The notes beneath the pieces are model-generated. The model had not been told where the DNA came from, ran no database searches, and worked only from the letters and a program-made list of their open reading frames with translations. The position numbers were made by a program, and so were the translations under genes. DNA of 64,000 nt, taken from NCBI GenBank assembly GCA_029762535.1, contig JARVGK010000015.1:20-64019 (forward strand), given 5' to 3'. This document shows positions 1-10,429 of the stretch, piece by piece. Positions within the stretch are counted from its first letter, which is position 1. Each line of letters opens with the position of its first letter. This DNA comes from Thermoplasmatota archaeon (lineage in GTDB: Archaea > Thermoplasmatota > Penumbrarchaeia > Penumbrarchaeales > Penumbrarchaeaceae).

Positions 1-1098
1 ACGATAGTGGCCGTATCGCATCCTGGCGATGGGAAGGTCATAAAGCCTGTTGTCCGTGCCCGCAGCGCCGGTCTTTCGGGTGATTTCTCCTTGACCGTAT
101 TCGAGTTCACGGTGGGCGATCTTGGGACCGGAGCGGCTGAGAAGGTGGCCGTAGTTTCCGATTATCGTGACAGGATACCTTCCGATCCTTCGATAGTGAT
201 CGACAACGATATCGATGGCGATGGTGTCTACAATCTGCTCGATCCCGATATCGACGGCGACGGCGTCCCCAACGAGATCGACCCCGATCCCTACGATCCC
301 AACGTTTACAATCTGCCTCCGACGGGAGCCCAGGCGATCACGATGGCATCAGAGGTCAAAGAAGGTGAGATAATATCGCTGAGCGCGACCGCCACCGACC
401 CGAACGACGATCCGCTGACATACACATGGACCGTGGACAGGATACCATCCTGGACAAGGAGCGGTCAGGAGATAGACGTGCTAGCCTCAGGGGATTTCAA
501 GCCGGGAGATTTTATATTCACTGTCACGGTGTCCGACGGCAAATCCACGGAGACGGCAACGGACAGCGTGGAGGTCACCATAATCAAGGACGGTGATAGC
601 AACCCCCTACCAATATGGCTTATTGTGCTCATCATAGGGATATCTGTGATCGCCATCATAATCCTTGTCTACTTCTTCGTCATAAAAGGAAAGGATGACG
701 AGGAGCCAATGGAGATAGAACCAGATCCCGCATATGGCGGATCCGGGATAGAAGATCCATCGGGTGTTCCTGAGATGGATGAAGAGGATGATATGATCAT
801 CGATAGCGACATCCCCACATCCTCCGAACAACCTACGATGTCCGATGATATGTCCATGGAAGAGGATGAAGGAGAGGAGGACGTTCAAGAGCTCGAACAG
901 CTCATAGTGGACCTGGAGAAGACCGAGGAGGATATCCAAGACCTTTGCCCGGAGTGCGGCGCCAGCCTAGGACCCATGGACGAGGTTTGTCCCAACTGCG
1001 GATCGGAGTTCGAGTTGGCTCTCGAGTGTCCGAACTGCAGCACCGTGGTCGAAGAGGGGCTTGAATCCTGTCCCAAATGCGGCGTCCTTTTTAAATAA
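1..1098 (+). CDS. 5'-truncated membrane-anchored surface protein: TSP3-like Ca-binding repeats, Ig/PKD-like domain, TM helix, acidic linker, C-terminal double zinc ribbon
   Basis: Frame is open from base 1; DIDGDG x2; TM PIWLIVLIIGISVIAIIILVYFFV; four CxxC (CPEC/CPNC/CPNC/CPKC) at C-terminus. Confidence 0.8.
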   Translation, partial: TIVAVSHPGDGKVIKPVVRARSAGLSGDFSLTVFEFTVGDLGTGAAEKVAVVSDYRDRIPSDPSIVIDNDIDGDGVYNLLDPDIDGDGVPNEIDPDPYDPNVYNLPPTGAQAITMASEVKEGEIISLSATATDPNDDPLTYTWTVDRIPSWTRSGQEIDVLASGDFKPGDFIFTVTVSDGKSTETATDSVEVTIIKDGDSNPLPIWLIVLIIGISVIAIIILVYFFVIKGKDDEEPMEIEPDPAYGGSGIEDPSGVPEMDEEDDMIIDSDIPTSSEQPTMSDDMSMEEDEGEEDVQELEQLIVDLEKTEEDIQDLCPECGASLGPMDEVCPNCGSEFELALECPNCSTVVEEGLESCPKCGVLFK

Positions 1099-1254
1099 GA
1101 GGGAACAAGGACATGGATGGGCTCCATAGAGGCGGCGAGGGCCTCACCATAGATCGAGGCCCTCGATCGTCATGACAAGTTCACTCTGATCGAGGAACGG
1201 GTTCATGGAAAGAGAAAACAAATTATAGGCCAATAGGGCCAGAGATAACATGGT

Positions 1255-2436
1255 TCAGAGTATCTTGATCATCCTGTAAGTTCTATAGGATGTCATGACC
1301 TTGATGCTTCCACGGTCCTTGATGGCCTTATCGATGATCGGATCACCGGTATCGACCCTCAGGACCTTCGTGGTTTCGAGCTTGCCTGGCGTTGAAACGA
1401 CTATGATCCGGTCGGTCCCTATCCTTCGGATGACCTCAGGGCTTATCTGAAGGTTACCACGTCCAAGGAAGAAACCCTGCCCCCCTATGGGGGATAGAAG
1501 TATTCGAACCTTATCGAGGAAATGGGAGCCTTCGATTTCGTCGAGAATATCAAGCAGATCATTTTCGGAACAGTCGCTCGAAACGATCCCATCCTTCGAT
1601 ATAACATCCACACCTAGAAGCGTTTTTTCGAACCCCATCTTCTCCGCTATTGAGTAGATCGTGCCTCCAGGACCCATTATCAGATACAGCCCCTCCTCCT
1701 CAATTTTTTCCGAGAGGTCCGATGCGATCCCGGAGATCACATCGTCCGTGCTCTCTTCCTCTATCATCATCTTGCCTGTCTGAACGAAGGATGGCTCGTT
1801 GAGGGTATTCGCTATACCGAAAAGCGCTATGTTCCATTCCCCTGAACGATATCTGTCCTCGTCCAGGTCCATTATCTCTCCTTTACCGATCACAAGCTCA
1901 TCCCTTAGATAATGCTCGAGAAGCTCGCCTGCGGTCTGGGGGTCGATGGCGAAAACCCCGGAATGCATCTTCACTCCTGCGGGTATCCCGAAAATAGGCA
2001 CATCCCCCGCGATCCGATGGACATCGCGAGCTGTCCCATCGCCTCCGGTGAAAACTATCAGATCCGTTCCGGATGATACCGCCTTTCTCACCAGTTCACG
2101 GGTGTCTTCGGCAGTGGTCGGATCCTTTGGTACATGAAGGGTCCTGATCGTCCATTCAGGAACCTCCTGTTCCCTTATAACATCCTCTCCCATCTCGCCA
2201 TTCGCGCACATCCATTCGACCGGCCTTTTGAGCCTGTGCCTTCTGTAGGCCTCGGACAATCTGGAAAAGGCCTTTCCAGCCCTGTTCAAGGCCTGGGGTC
2301 GAGCTCCCTTCTTGAGGGCCTCCTCGAGAACATTGTCCGTTCCTTTGAGTCCAACACGTCCCCCCATGCCTGCGATGGGGTTGATCACGAAACAAATGCG
2401 GATCATCGAACTCACCATCAACAGCGGAATGTCCAT
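1255..2436 (-). CDS. ATP-NAD kinase family protein
   Basis: NPIAGMGG N-terminal motif, GGDGTARD, GVKMHSGVFA, IGGQGFFLGRGNLQ. Confidence 0.8.
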   Translation of the reverse strand: MDIPLLMVSSMIRICFVINPIAGMGGRVGLKGTDNVLEEALKKGARPQALNRAGKAFSRLSEAYRRHRLKRPVEWMCANGEMGEDVIREQEVPEWTIRTLHVPKDPTTAEDTRELVRKAVSSGTDLIVFTGGDGTARDVHRIAGDVPIFGIPAGVKMHSGVFAIDPQTAGELLEHYLRDELVIGKGEIMDLDEDRYRSGEWNIALFGIANTLNEPSFVQTGKMMIEEESTDDVISGIASDLSEKIEEEGLYLIMGPGGTIYSIAEKMGFEKTLLGVDVISKDGIVSSDCSENDLLDILDEIEGSHFLDKVRILLSPIGGQGFFLGRGNLQISPEVIRRIGTDRIIVVSTPGKLETTKVLRVDTGDPIIDKAIKDRGSIKVMTSYRTYRMIKIL

Positions 2437-2454
2437 AAAACCTTCGATGCACTA

Positions 2455-3171
2455 TCAAGGACGGGTACGCGCTTCCACCCAATGGTTCATGCCGTCGAAA
2501 TAGGACCTAATGATGCTCCATCCAGCACTGATCACATCCAGGTCGAGCTCTGTATGCCCATAGAGATGATAGAACCTCACGGCCCGCACACCATCGTTCC
2601 ACGGCACTAAAGTATCGCCTGGATCCGGACCATCGAGCTCATCGGCTTCTCTATCTCCGCGTATGAGGGACAGGTATCTGTCCCTGAACCTATCCTGGTC
2701 CCAGGACCATACGGATACCAGAAGCATTCCATCGTCAGCCGTGAGCCTCAAAGCCTCTCTCAAGGCGGAAATCCTCGATACCCTATCGGGGAGATGGTGC
2801 AGTGAAGCGATCGAAAGCGTTCTATGGGAGGCCCCATCTTCGAGAGGAACGCTGCGCATATCTGCCTTTATCAGTTCATATTTCGTTCCTTTCATAATGC
2901 TCAAAGACCTGTGGGCTTCATCGATCTGACCCTGTGAGATGTCCACCCCTATGACCCGATATCCCCTGGTTAGGCCTGCCATAATTGCCCTGCCGGAACC
3001 GCAGCCGAGGTCAAGGAGGACCTTGCCCCGGCCATTTTGGCCTATGAACTGGTCCATCGGAGGCCACAGTTCACGTCTGTGTTTGTGGAATGAGGCGGCT
3101 ATCAAATCATACGTATGCTCTACATCCTGTTCGATATGGGTAGACCGTTCAGTCATTTTCCTTACCGTCAC
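2455..3171 (-). CDS. Class I SAM methyltransferase, Trm9/ALKBH8-like tRNA wobble-uridine methyltransferase
   Basis: YDLIAASF..R..W, LDLGCGSGR, SIASLHHL, VSVW, RFYHLY; ATGA overlap with upstream gene. Confidence 0.7.
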   Translation of the reverse strand: MTVRKMTERSTHIEQDVEHTYDLIAASFHKHRRELWPPMDQFIGQNGRGKVLLDLGCGSGRAIMAGLTRGYRVIGVDISQGQIDEAHRSLSIMKGTKYELIKADMRSVPLEDGASHRTLSIASLHHLPDRVSRISALREALRLTADDGMLLVSVWSWDQDRFRDRYLSLIRGDREADELDGPDPGDTLVPWNDGVRAVRFYHLYGHTELDLDVISAGWSIIRSYFDGMNHWVEARTRP

Positions 3172-4286
3172 AGTTCGGATGCTATGGCCTTTGCCATTTC
3201 GGTGGTCGAAGAGCTACCGCCCATGTCACGTGTCCGGACCTTTCCCTCCTTCACGACCTTGGAGACCGCTTTCTCTATTCTCTTTGCGGTCTCGATCTCA
3301 CCAAGCCAATCGAGCATCATCTTGGATGCGAGTATCATGGCTATGGGGTTGATCGTGTTCTTACCGGCATATTTGGGCGCTGAGCCGTGCGTTGGTTCGA
3401 ATACCGCGTAGTCGTCGCCAATGTTGGCGGCGGATGCGAAGCCTAGACCCCCGACAAGTCCCGCTCCTAGATCGGATAATATATCGCCGAAGAGGTTGGA
3501 GGCGACTATGACCTGGTACTTTTCCGGGTCCTTAACGAGCCACATGGCCATGGCATCGACGTTCGCCTCGTCCATTGCGACGTTCGGATACCCGGTGGCC
3601 ATATCCCTTGCGACGCGCGTCATTAGTCCCGAAGTCTCCCTCAGGACGTTTGGTTTCTCGGCCAGAGTAAGCCGTGTCCTGTTGAACTTCTTAGCGTATT
3701 CGAACCCGGAACGGAGTATCCTTTCCGCCCCTTTCCTCGTGATCACCCTCAAGCTAACTGCGATATCCTCCCGAGGAAGTTCATTGAAGGTGCCCCATTT
3801 TCGATGATGCCGGTCGAAGACCTCTTTGACCTCATCTGGAACGGGGTACCATTCCACCCCAGCATACAATCCTTCGGTGTTCTCCCTGAATACGACAAGA
3901 TCGATACCTTCCTTTATGTTCAGGGGATTCCCATCGTATGCAATGCAGGGCCTCATGTTCGTGTGAAGCTGGAACATCTGCCTCATCGCGACAATAGGTG
4001 AAAAATAAACGAAACCCTTGTCCCTGAGGTCCGGGTCCAACTCGATCGCCGCCTCGTCCTTGGGTTTTGATGTTATCGCTCCGAACAACGAACAGTCAGT
4101 GCTTCTTAACAGTTCAAGTGTCCTTTCGGGTAAAGGATTCCCTTCCGTTTTCCAGAATTCCCAACCGATGTCCCCCTGTATGTATTCTGCCTCGAATCCA
4201 GCTGAATCGAGAACCATCTTTGCTGCATCGATCACCTCGGGTCCGACCCCATCGCCAGGCAGTTCCGCAATCCTGTGTTTTACCAT
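3168..4286 (-). CDS. Isocitrate/isopropylmalate (beta-decarboxylating) dehydrogenase family
   Basis: LPGDGVGPEV, FRENTEGLY, NLFGDILSD, FEPTHGSAP, NPIAMILA. Confidence 0.9.
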   Translation of the reverse strand: MVKHRIAELPGDGVGPEVIDAAKMVLDSAGFEAEYIQGDIGWEFWKTEGNPLPERTLELLRSTDCSLFGAITSKPKDEAAIELDPDLRDKGFVYFSPIVAMRQMFQLHTNMRPCIAYDGNPLNIKEGIDLVVFRENTEGLYAGVEWYPVPDEVKEVFDRHHRKWGTFNELPREDIAVSLRVITRKGAERILRSGFEYAKKFNRTRLTLAEKPNVLRETSGLMTRVARDMATGYPNVAMDEANVDAMAMWLVKDPEKYQVIVASNLFGDILSDLGAGLVGGLGFASAANIGDDYAVFEPTHGSAPKYAGKNTINPIAMILASKMMLDWLGEIETAKRIEKAVSKVVKEGKVRTRDMGGSSSTTEMAKAIASEL

Positions 4287-4356
4287 GTACGAGTCCCCAT
4301 TGTTTTATATCTTTCGAATTGGATCATAGGGGATATCCTACAGCTTATAAAAAAGG

Positions 4357-4429
4357 TAGCCCCGCGCGGATTCGAACCACGGTCACCGGCTCCAAAGGCC
4401 AGCATGATTGACCTCTACACTACGGGGCT
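4357..4429 (-). tRNA. tRNA-Gln (anticodon TTG), no intron, full CCA not encoded
   Basis: Reverse complement AGCCCCG...CTGGC-CT TTG GA-GCCGG...CGTGG-TTCGAAT-CCGCG-CGGGGCT-A folds as a cloverleaf; followed by CC then a T-run. Confidence 0.95.
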
Positions 4430-4489
4430 GAATTGGCCTTGAGGCGGAAACGGAATCTGGTTCATAATCCTTTCTTAGACCGATGGGCA

Positions 4490-5032
4490 TCATGATATGA
4501 AACGGGAGAATAAGATCATATCATAGTCCTGTGAGAAATGTCTCTCGAGAACGGCCTCTTGATGGAAACCCCATGATATGTAATTTTCTATCCTTGGGGC
4601 ATTGCCTGAGGGGACAAGTGCATAGACCTTTCTCAGTTCATATCCGGACCTTTGAAAATGTTCAGAAGCCTCCTCTATGGCATGATTGACCATGGCAAGG
4701 CCTGTAACACCGTCCCTCTCATCCGGCCTGACATGCATGAAGGAAAGCTCTATCAGGCCAGTGGACTCCTTTGGACCATCGGCTCTGGGCCAGGAGCGGA
4801 TCCTCCATGATCCGATCCCGACGGTTATACCCGGACCTCCCTCCAATGGACGCTCAGCGTAGAAGGTGTTCTCGCCCGAGAGTATCCTTCTGGTCAGCTC
4901 CTCGCCGAGTCGGACCCTGTTATCTTCGCCAAGTTCGTGGAGGATCTCGTCAACTCTCCATTCCGGCAGTTTTCTGAACTCAAGGTTAGGGATCTCTGAT
5001 ACCTCGGTCAGGAAAATCACCCTCTCTGACAT
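4490..5032 (-). CDS. GNAT-family N-acetyltransferase-like protein
   Basis: ELSFMHVRPDER, N..RIENYISWGFHQEAVL; the acetyl-CoA GxG motif is degenerate. Confidence 0.6.
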   Translation of the reverse strand: MSERVIFLTEVSEIPNLEFRKLPEWRVDEILHELGEDNRVRLGEELTRRILSGENTFYAERPLEGGPGITVGIGSWRIRSWPRADGPKESTGLIELSFMHVRPDERDGVTGLAMVNHAIEEASEHFQRSGYELRKVYALVPSGNAPRIENYISWGFHQEAVLERHFSQDYDMILFSRFIS

Positions 5033-5060
5033 GTATCTATAAGAATTAATAATTTGGGTA

Positions 5061-6671
5061 TCATCTTTCCAACTGCCCGATCGATATGGAACCCTCTATC
5101 ATCGTCATGACCTTATCCTTATCGAGGTTGGCCAGAAAGAACCCCAATCTCGGCCCTCTTTCGGAACCAAGGAGGACCCGATAAAGTGCTTTGAAGGACT
5201 TACCCGGTTCGATATTGTTGGAGCGGGAGATCTCGTATATTCCGTTGTGAATGCTTTCTGGATCCCATTCAATGGATGGCATCTCTCTTATCAGGATAGC
5301 GAGGGAATTCCACATTTCATCATCCAGATATCTCAAGGAGTCCTCGGATGGCTTATCGAGCAGATGGAACTTCACATCCCTTGGAGCGAACTTATCCAGC
5401 CAGAATTTGACGCATTCTACCCTTCCAAGTATTTCCTCAAAGGACGCCTCATCTATGCTGGTCAATCCCTCGCTGCGGCATATCTTCTCCTTCAGTAGGT
5501 CCTCTTCATCAGTTAGCTGGACGAGGGTAACGAGATGTCGGTAAGGGACCTTGATCCTTGGATGTGATAAGCGGGGTATCTGAGATGGGTCCACCATCGA
5601 GAGATTGTATATCCTTGACATGTCATCATCGGGTCCAGAGGTTCCATCGGACCTCAGAAATTCCGCCTCGTAACGGTCGAACTCATCTATCAAGGATATC
5701 AGGCCCAATCCGGGATCGAAATCCAGGTGACGGCTGGGTTGAGGTCTTGCGATATAGAATCTCAGTACCTCCGGAGGTGCCATTCTCAACATATCCGAAC
5801 CGGTAACAACGAGACCTGTGGATGAATGCATGGCCCCTTTACCTTTGAGCTGGATCCATTCATAAACGATGGGAAAAGGGGGATGTCCGTCCAGGACCTC
5901 CCTTATGATCCTCGATCCGGAGTCGTACGAACCGCCGGATGCGGCATGGTCCTTTCCAAAAGGCTCGACCGTGACACCAAGCCATGACCATCTGGCTGGC
6001 CAATCGAGCCTCCATGGGAGTTTCCCATCTGCCTTACGAATGTCCGAAGCGCCCTTGTGTCCGCATGAACATTCGTAATACACGAACGGGCGTTCCCAGG
6101 ATAACGGTTTTGTCGTGGTAAGCCTTCCGCATTCCGAGCATTTTGGGGTGTACGGGATGTGGTCCTCTTCAAGCTGCCTTCCGGAAACGGATGACAGTAT
6201 TCTATTGACCGATAACCTGGAATCCATCAACTTTCCGATAACGTCGGCATACCTGCCAGAGGCATATGAGTCGGAGGAGCGAAGCACAGTTGGTTCGATC
6301 CCAAGGCGGTCGAGGTTTCCGAGGAATGGTTCAAGGAAGTATTCAGAATAAGGTCCACCCCCTCCGTCTGGGGGCGGTATCTCGGAGAGGGGCTTGCCGA
6401 CGTGCTCTTCGAATTCCGGAGGCAGGAAAGGATAGACCTTTCTCAAAGGGTCGAAATCGTCCGCAAGGTAGAAGAGTTCGGATCCAAGGCCCGCGTCCCT
6501 ACAGGCCCTGTGGACGATGTCTCCGGTCAGTATCTCCCTCATATTCCCAATATGGATCGGGCCGGAAGGTGTGATCCCGGTCGCTATCCTGTGTTCCCTG
6601 CCAGATTCGCCAAGTTTCGAGGCGATGACATCTGCCCAATGCATGGAGCGTCCCCTGTCATTTCGATCCAT
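5061..6671 (-). CDS. lysS: Lysine--tRNA ligase, class I
   Basis: MHWAD, GITPSGPIHIGN, KLPWRLDWPARW, EPFGKDH, AMHSS (KMSKS-like), GPRLG. Confidence 0.95.
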   Translation of the reverse strand: MDRNDRGRSMHWADVIASKLGESGREHRIATGITPSGPIHIGNMREILTGDIVHRACRDAGLGSELFYLADDFDPLRKVYPFLPPEFEEHVGKPLSEIPPPDGGGGPYSEYFLEPFLGNLDRLGIEPTVLRSSDSYASGRYADVIGKLMDSRLSVNRILSSVSGRQLEEDHIPYTPKCSECGRLTTTKPLSWERPFVYYECSCGHKGASDIRKADGKLPWRLDWPARWSWLGVTVEPFGKDHAASGGSYDSGSRIIREVLDGHPPFPIVYEWIQLKGKGAMHSSTGLVVTGSDMLRMAPPEVLRFYIARPQPSRHLDFDPGLGLISLIDEFDRYEAEFLRSDGTSGPDDDMSRIYNLSMVDPSQIPRLSHPRIKVPYRHLVTLVQLTDEEDLLKEKICRSEGLTSIDEASFEEILGRVECVKFWLDKFAPRDVKFHLLDKPSEDSLRYLDDEMWNSLAILIREMPSIEWDPESIHNGIYEISRSNNIEPGKSFKALYRVLLGSERGPRLGFFLANLDKDKVMTMIEGSISIGQLER

Positions 6672-7267
6672 TAAACGACATGTGTCCTTATCAATGCCCT
6701 TATCGGAACGCCATCGATATCATCGAACCTCTGTTTATTAACTATCGCCAGACAGAGGACCGGGTTTCCCTGGTTGGCCCTGAGGTAGTCTATCGCACCT
6801 TTCATGGTCGCCCCAGATGATAGCACATCGTCGACGATGACGATGTTCTTGTCACGAACACTGGCGAAATTGGAAAGGATGGAACCGGCCGCGTTATCGG
6901 ATCCCTCCTTGGGAGGGCGGAATATGGCGATCTCGAGGTCCATCTCGCCTGCTATGGTCGTAGCAAGTGGGATCCCGTTGATCGCAATGCCCATTATGGT
7001 GCTCACATCGATGTCCATCTTATCGCATTCCTCGTAAACGATATCCGCGAATATGCTTGAGAGGTCATTGAGCCTTTTGGAGATGACACCAATGGACCTC
7101 CATCCGATATAGACATCAGCAGGGGGTTTTTCCGAATCCGACCCTCTCGTGAGAAGCCACCCAACGGTCTCCTCGGAGAGGTGCAGCTCCTTGGCGATCT
7201 CGCCCCTTGCAAGCCCTTTCTCTCTCAGTTCCAGCACCTGCTGGATCATCTTCTCTGTGGTGGACAT
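6671..7267 (-). CDS. HTH plus orotate phosphoribosyltransferase-like protein (GfcR/PyrE-like family)
   Basis: N-terminal HTH (GEIAKELHLSEETVGWLL), WRSIG, PRPP loop IVDDVLSSGATM. Confidence 0.8.
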   Translation of the reverse strand: MSTTEKMIQQVLELREKGLARGEIAKELHLSEETVGWLLTRGSDSEKPPADVYIGWRSIGVISKRLNDLSSIFADIVYEECDKMDIDVSTIMGIAINGIPLATTIAGEMDLEIAIFRPPKEGSDNAAGSILSNFASVRDKNIVIVDDVLSSGATMKGAIDYLRANQGNPVLCLAIVNKQRFDDIDGVPIRALIRTHVV

Positions 7268-7313
7268 GTATCTACACCTGATCCATCTACAACCTTAATC
7301 AAGGGTCGTTATA

Positions 7314-7634
7314 TCAACTTTGCGCATTTTCAGGATCGGTCTCTTGGAGAACCCATGATCGGGCCTTGGAGTTGATCTCCACGGAACAACATTCGATCAC
7401 AGGGACCTCGTAAGTATGAATTCGTTCGATAATTTCGACAACCTTATCTTTCAAACTCTCTCTCGTCAGGATAGAGAGCAGGAATTCCTCCTCCTCTTGT
7501 ATGCCGCCTTTCCACCGGAAAACGGATGTCATTCTGGATATATGGACGCACGAAGCATATTGACTCTCGAGAAGAAGGAAAGCGATCCTCCTGGCGCACA
7601 TCATGTCACCGACCGTCGTACTCGATCTGATCAT
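7314..7634 (-). CDS. cutA: CutA divalent-cation tolerance protein
   Basis: ASCV, SVFRWKG, HTYEVPVI; start moved to ATG 7634 behind a GAGGTGA RBS. Confidence 0.8.
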   Translation of the reverse strand: MIRSSTTVGDMMCARRIAFLLLESQYASCVHISRMTSVFRWKGGIQEEEEFLLSILTRESLKDKVVEIIERIHTYEVPVIECCSVEINSKARSWVLQETDPENAQS

Positions 7635-7799
7635 GTCATCACCTCGACCATCGCCCTCTGTGATGAGGGCGCCGGGTCCGATTCCTGGGTATGTCCTTTT
7701 AAGGTCAACCCATGGGTATATCAGTGTCCAAAATATATATAATAACAGACCCATTGACCTGTATCCAGATATCGCCAGATAAAAAAGAGGTGCAAGAGA

Positions 7800-10385
7800 A
7801 TGAGAATCCAATTAAAGGTCGAAAGGGACCATTTCGGAAAACCTTTTACGGCATCTTTTGTGATGATGCTTTTGATCCTGCTGTCAATATGGTCGATGTT
7901 CTCGTACGGCCATCATGATCTCGCCCCGACCAGGAAGGAGGTATGGGGTAACGGGCCTTTGGTCAATCGGAGCGTGGTAGAATTAACGCTGAACGAGGGT
8001 TTTGACCAGATAACGGGGCCGGATTTTCTTATGGTAACCGGCAGTGGTGCGCCGGATTTGTTCTACGATCCAAATTATCAATGGAGGGAGGGAGGAAAGA
8101 ACTTCGACCTTCCCTACGGCAACCACACCTTCACTGCGGCCTATCCATCCGGTCATACGGATAAGGTCAAGATCACATTCGTTCATTATTACCTCGATAC
8201 GAATTTCGGATATGCGACCCTCACCTGCCAGGATATAAATTTCAACAGCCTTATCTATGGAAAGGAGTTCTTTGACATAACCATATTCGCCGAGAACAGG
8301 TCCGGTATATCAAAAGCGACCCTGAGGCTCAGGATCCTCAACGTGAACGATGCTCCGGTGAGATCATCGAGCGAGGATTTCTACAGCATTGCGTTCCATG
8401 AGGACACCGTCCATCATGGCATAAACAGAAAGAACATGATGCCAAACGAGATATTCAGCGATCCGGCGGACCCCTTCGATACTCTCACTTTCAAGGTAGA
8501 ACCCGTGAACGATAACGCCTTGAACATCGAGGTCGATTGCGCCCTTGACGGATCCAATATCAGCTTCAGACCCAAGGAGAACTGGTCCTCACAGTACCTG
8601 ATTCCAAGCGAGAGGCTCTCTGGGGGCAATCACAAGGAAATGAACAAATATTTCGCTAAATTCCTATTCAACATATCCGATCAGGACGGGGCCAGGGTTC
8701 CGGCTCGTGACAGTGAGTTCTACGTTTACATCATTCCCGTCAACGATCCCCCGGTAATGGACGATCTCCAAGAGATCTCGTTCAAGCAGGACACATTGGT
8801 CAAGATACAATATTCTGGAACTGATCCCGACATGGAATTCGGACAAACCATTAGGTTCAATCACAATCTTACGACATCGATATTCGAGAGAACGGGAGAG
8901 CAGATCGAGTTCATCGAAGATATCGGCTACAAGTTCGACCACGAAAAGGGCATCGTGGAATTCAAAACGAATAACAAACTGGTCGGAAGGTACGATATCT
9001 CCGCATGGGTCAGGGACAGGTCCACACTTCCGCAGACACCCCCGGATTATCCCCTCACTCCTTATCCTGTCTACGCGAACTACACCCTGGTGATCGAGAA
9101 CGTCAACGATCCCCCTACAGCGATCATTGACAGCCCATTTTCCAATTTCCCTTACAACACCTCTTATCCGATCGAATTCAACGCATCAAGGACAAGGGAC
9201 CCGGACCTGATACACGGGCAGGAACTGAACTACACCTGGCTTCTTAACGGAAGGATCATCGGTTACGGCATGGTCCTATTGACCATTGTTCCGAATGACG
9301 GATTCTACAACGTGACGTTGAACGTTACAGACGGACATACGTTCTCCCTTGATCACAGGGATATCACCGTGAGAAGGGCCAGGGTCTATGGTGAGATCTT
9401 CAAGGGAAGGACCTTCGATCACGAACATTCGGACCCACAGGATGATCAACTTGTTCTTCGATACAGCCAGGAGGGAGTAACAATATCCTACGAGGATATG
9501 GATTCTATCGATATAGTTAGTATTAAAGGGATTAAGGTTGCGGAAAGTTCCTACCGGGTGACCGCAAGATTCTCCCAACCTCTTGAATTCGTATATACAG
9601 GGGAGAAGACCCAGGAACCTACCTTGAACATATATTTCGTCAAACCGGAATTCATAGAGGACCCTCCACAGATAACACATGAGATGGTGCCCGGTTATTC
9701 GTTCAGGCATCCCCCATCTGCCCATAGATACGCAAGGATCGAGCTCGATCTCAGGACCAGGGAGGTGATATATTCCAACACACAGATATTCCCGCAGGTG
9801 AGACTGCTCAGCGATCGGATGGGGGTAGAGGTCACGTTCACACTCGTGGAAATGGACCAACTCGGAATAATACCGGATTTCAAGATTTTTGCACGGGCAT
9901 ACATGAAAACAGTTCTCACGAACGTTAAGGGATCGACGACCATCATACAATCATACGATACTATTGGACATAATGCAAGCGAACCCGTGACCGAGGTATA
10001 TGGAAGTAATAATGAGGACAACGGGGAAAAGCAGCTTTCGTCAAGCACAATCGTGCTGATAGGTGCGCTAATCATTATAACCCTAATGATCCTGGTTATA
10101 GTAGGTGTTCTGATCGTCATTTCGAAACGAAAGAAGGAAGAGACACCTCCTCCTGATAGTAATGCCGAACCAAACGATGACGATCTGGATATGATAATGT
10201 CAGGCGGGATCGCGTCCGCACCAGCGCCACAACCGATGGCTTCAACCTCACAACCGGCCCGATCGGAGTTATTGGATGGCACTTCGTCTCCGAGCTCTGA
10301 CAAAGTGACTCCTGACGATCTTCCTCCTCAAAAAATGGAGGGAACGCCCGCTTCGGACCCGAATGATGCCGTATCTCAGGAATAG
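7800..10385 (+). CDS. Membrane-anchored surface protein with cadherin-like and PKD domains
   Basis: Hydrophobic N-terminal segment, VNDAP/VNDPP repeats, FNASRTRDPD..LNYTW..YNVTLNVTDG, C-terminal TM followed by a Pro/Ser/Asp tail. Confidence 0.75.
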   Translation: MRIQLKVERDHFGKPFTASFVMMLLILLSIWSMFSYGHHDLAPTRKEVWGNGPLVNRSVVELTLNEGFDQITGPDFLMVTGSGAPDLFYDPNYQWREGGKNFDLPYGNHTFTAAYPSGHTDKVKITFVHYYLDTNFGYATLTCQDINFNSLIYGKEFFDITIFAENRSGISKATLRLRILNVNDAPVRSSSEDFYSIAFHEDTVHHGINRKNMMPNEIFSDPADPFDTLTFKVEPVNDNALNIEVDCALDGSNISFRPKENWSSQYLIPSERLSGGNHKEMNKYFAKFLFNISDQDGARVPARDSEFYVYIIPVNDPPVMDDLQEISFKQDTLVKIQYSGTDPDMEFGQTIRFNHNLTTSIFERTGEQIEFIEDIGYKFDHEKGIVEFKTNNKLVGRYDISAWVRDRSTLPQTPPDYPLTPYPVYANYTLVIENVNDPPTAIIDSPFSNFPYNTSYPIEFNASRTRDPDLIHGQELNYTWLLNGRIIGYGMVLLTIVPNDGFYNVTLNVTDGHTFSLDHRDITVRRARVYGEIFKGRTFDHEHSDPQDDQLVLRYSQEGVTISYEDMDSIDIVSIKGIKVAESSYRVTARFSQPLEFVYTGEKTQEPTLNIYFVKPEFIEDPPQITHEMVPGYSFRHPPSAHRYARIELDLRTREVIYSNTQIFPQVRLLSDRMGVEVTFTLVEMDQLGIIPDFKIFARAYMKTVLTNVKGSTTIIQSYDTIGHNASEPVTEVYGSNNEDNGEKQLSSSTIVLIGALIIITLMILVIVGVLIVISKRKKEETPPPDSNAEPNDDDLDMIMSGGIASAPAPQPMASTSQPARSELLDGTSSPSSDKVTPDDLPPQKMEGTPASDPNDAVSQE

Positions 10386-10429
10386 GACCCAGAGCGACCC
10401 TATATGCCCCTATGGGTTGATATGACGGG

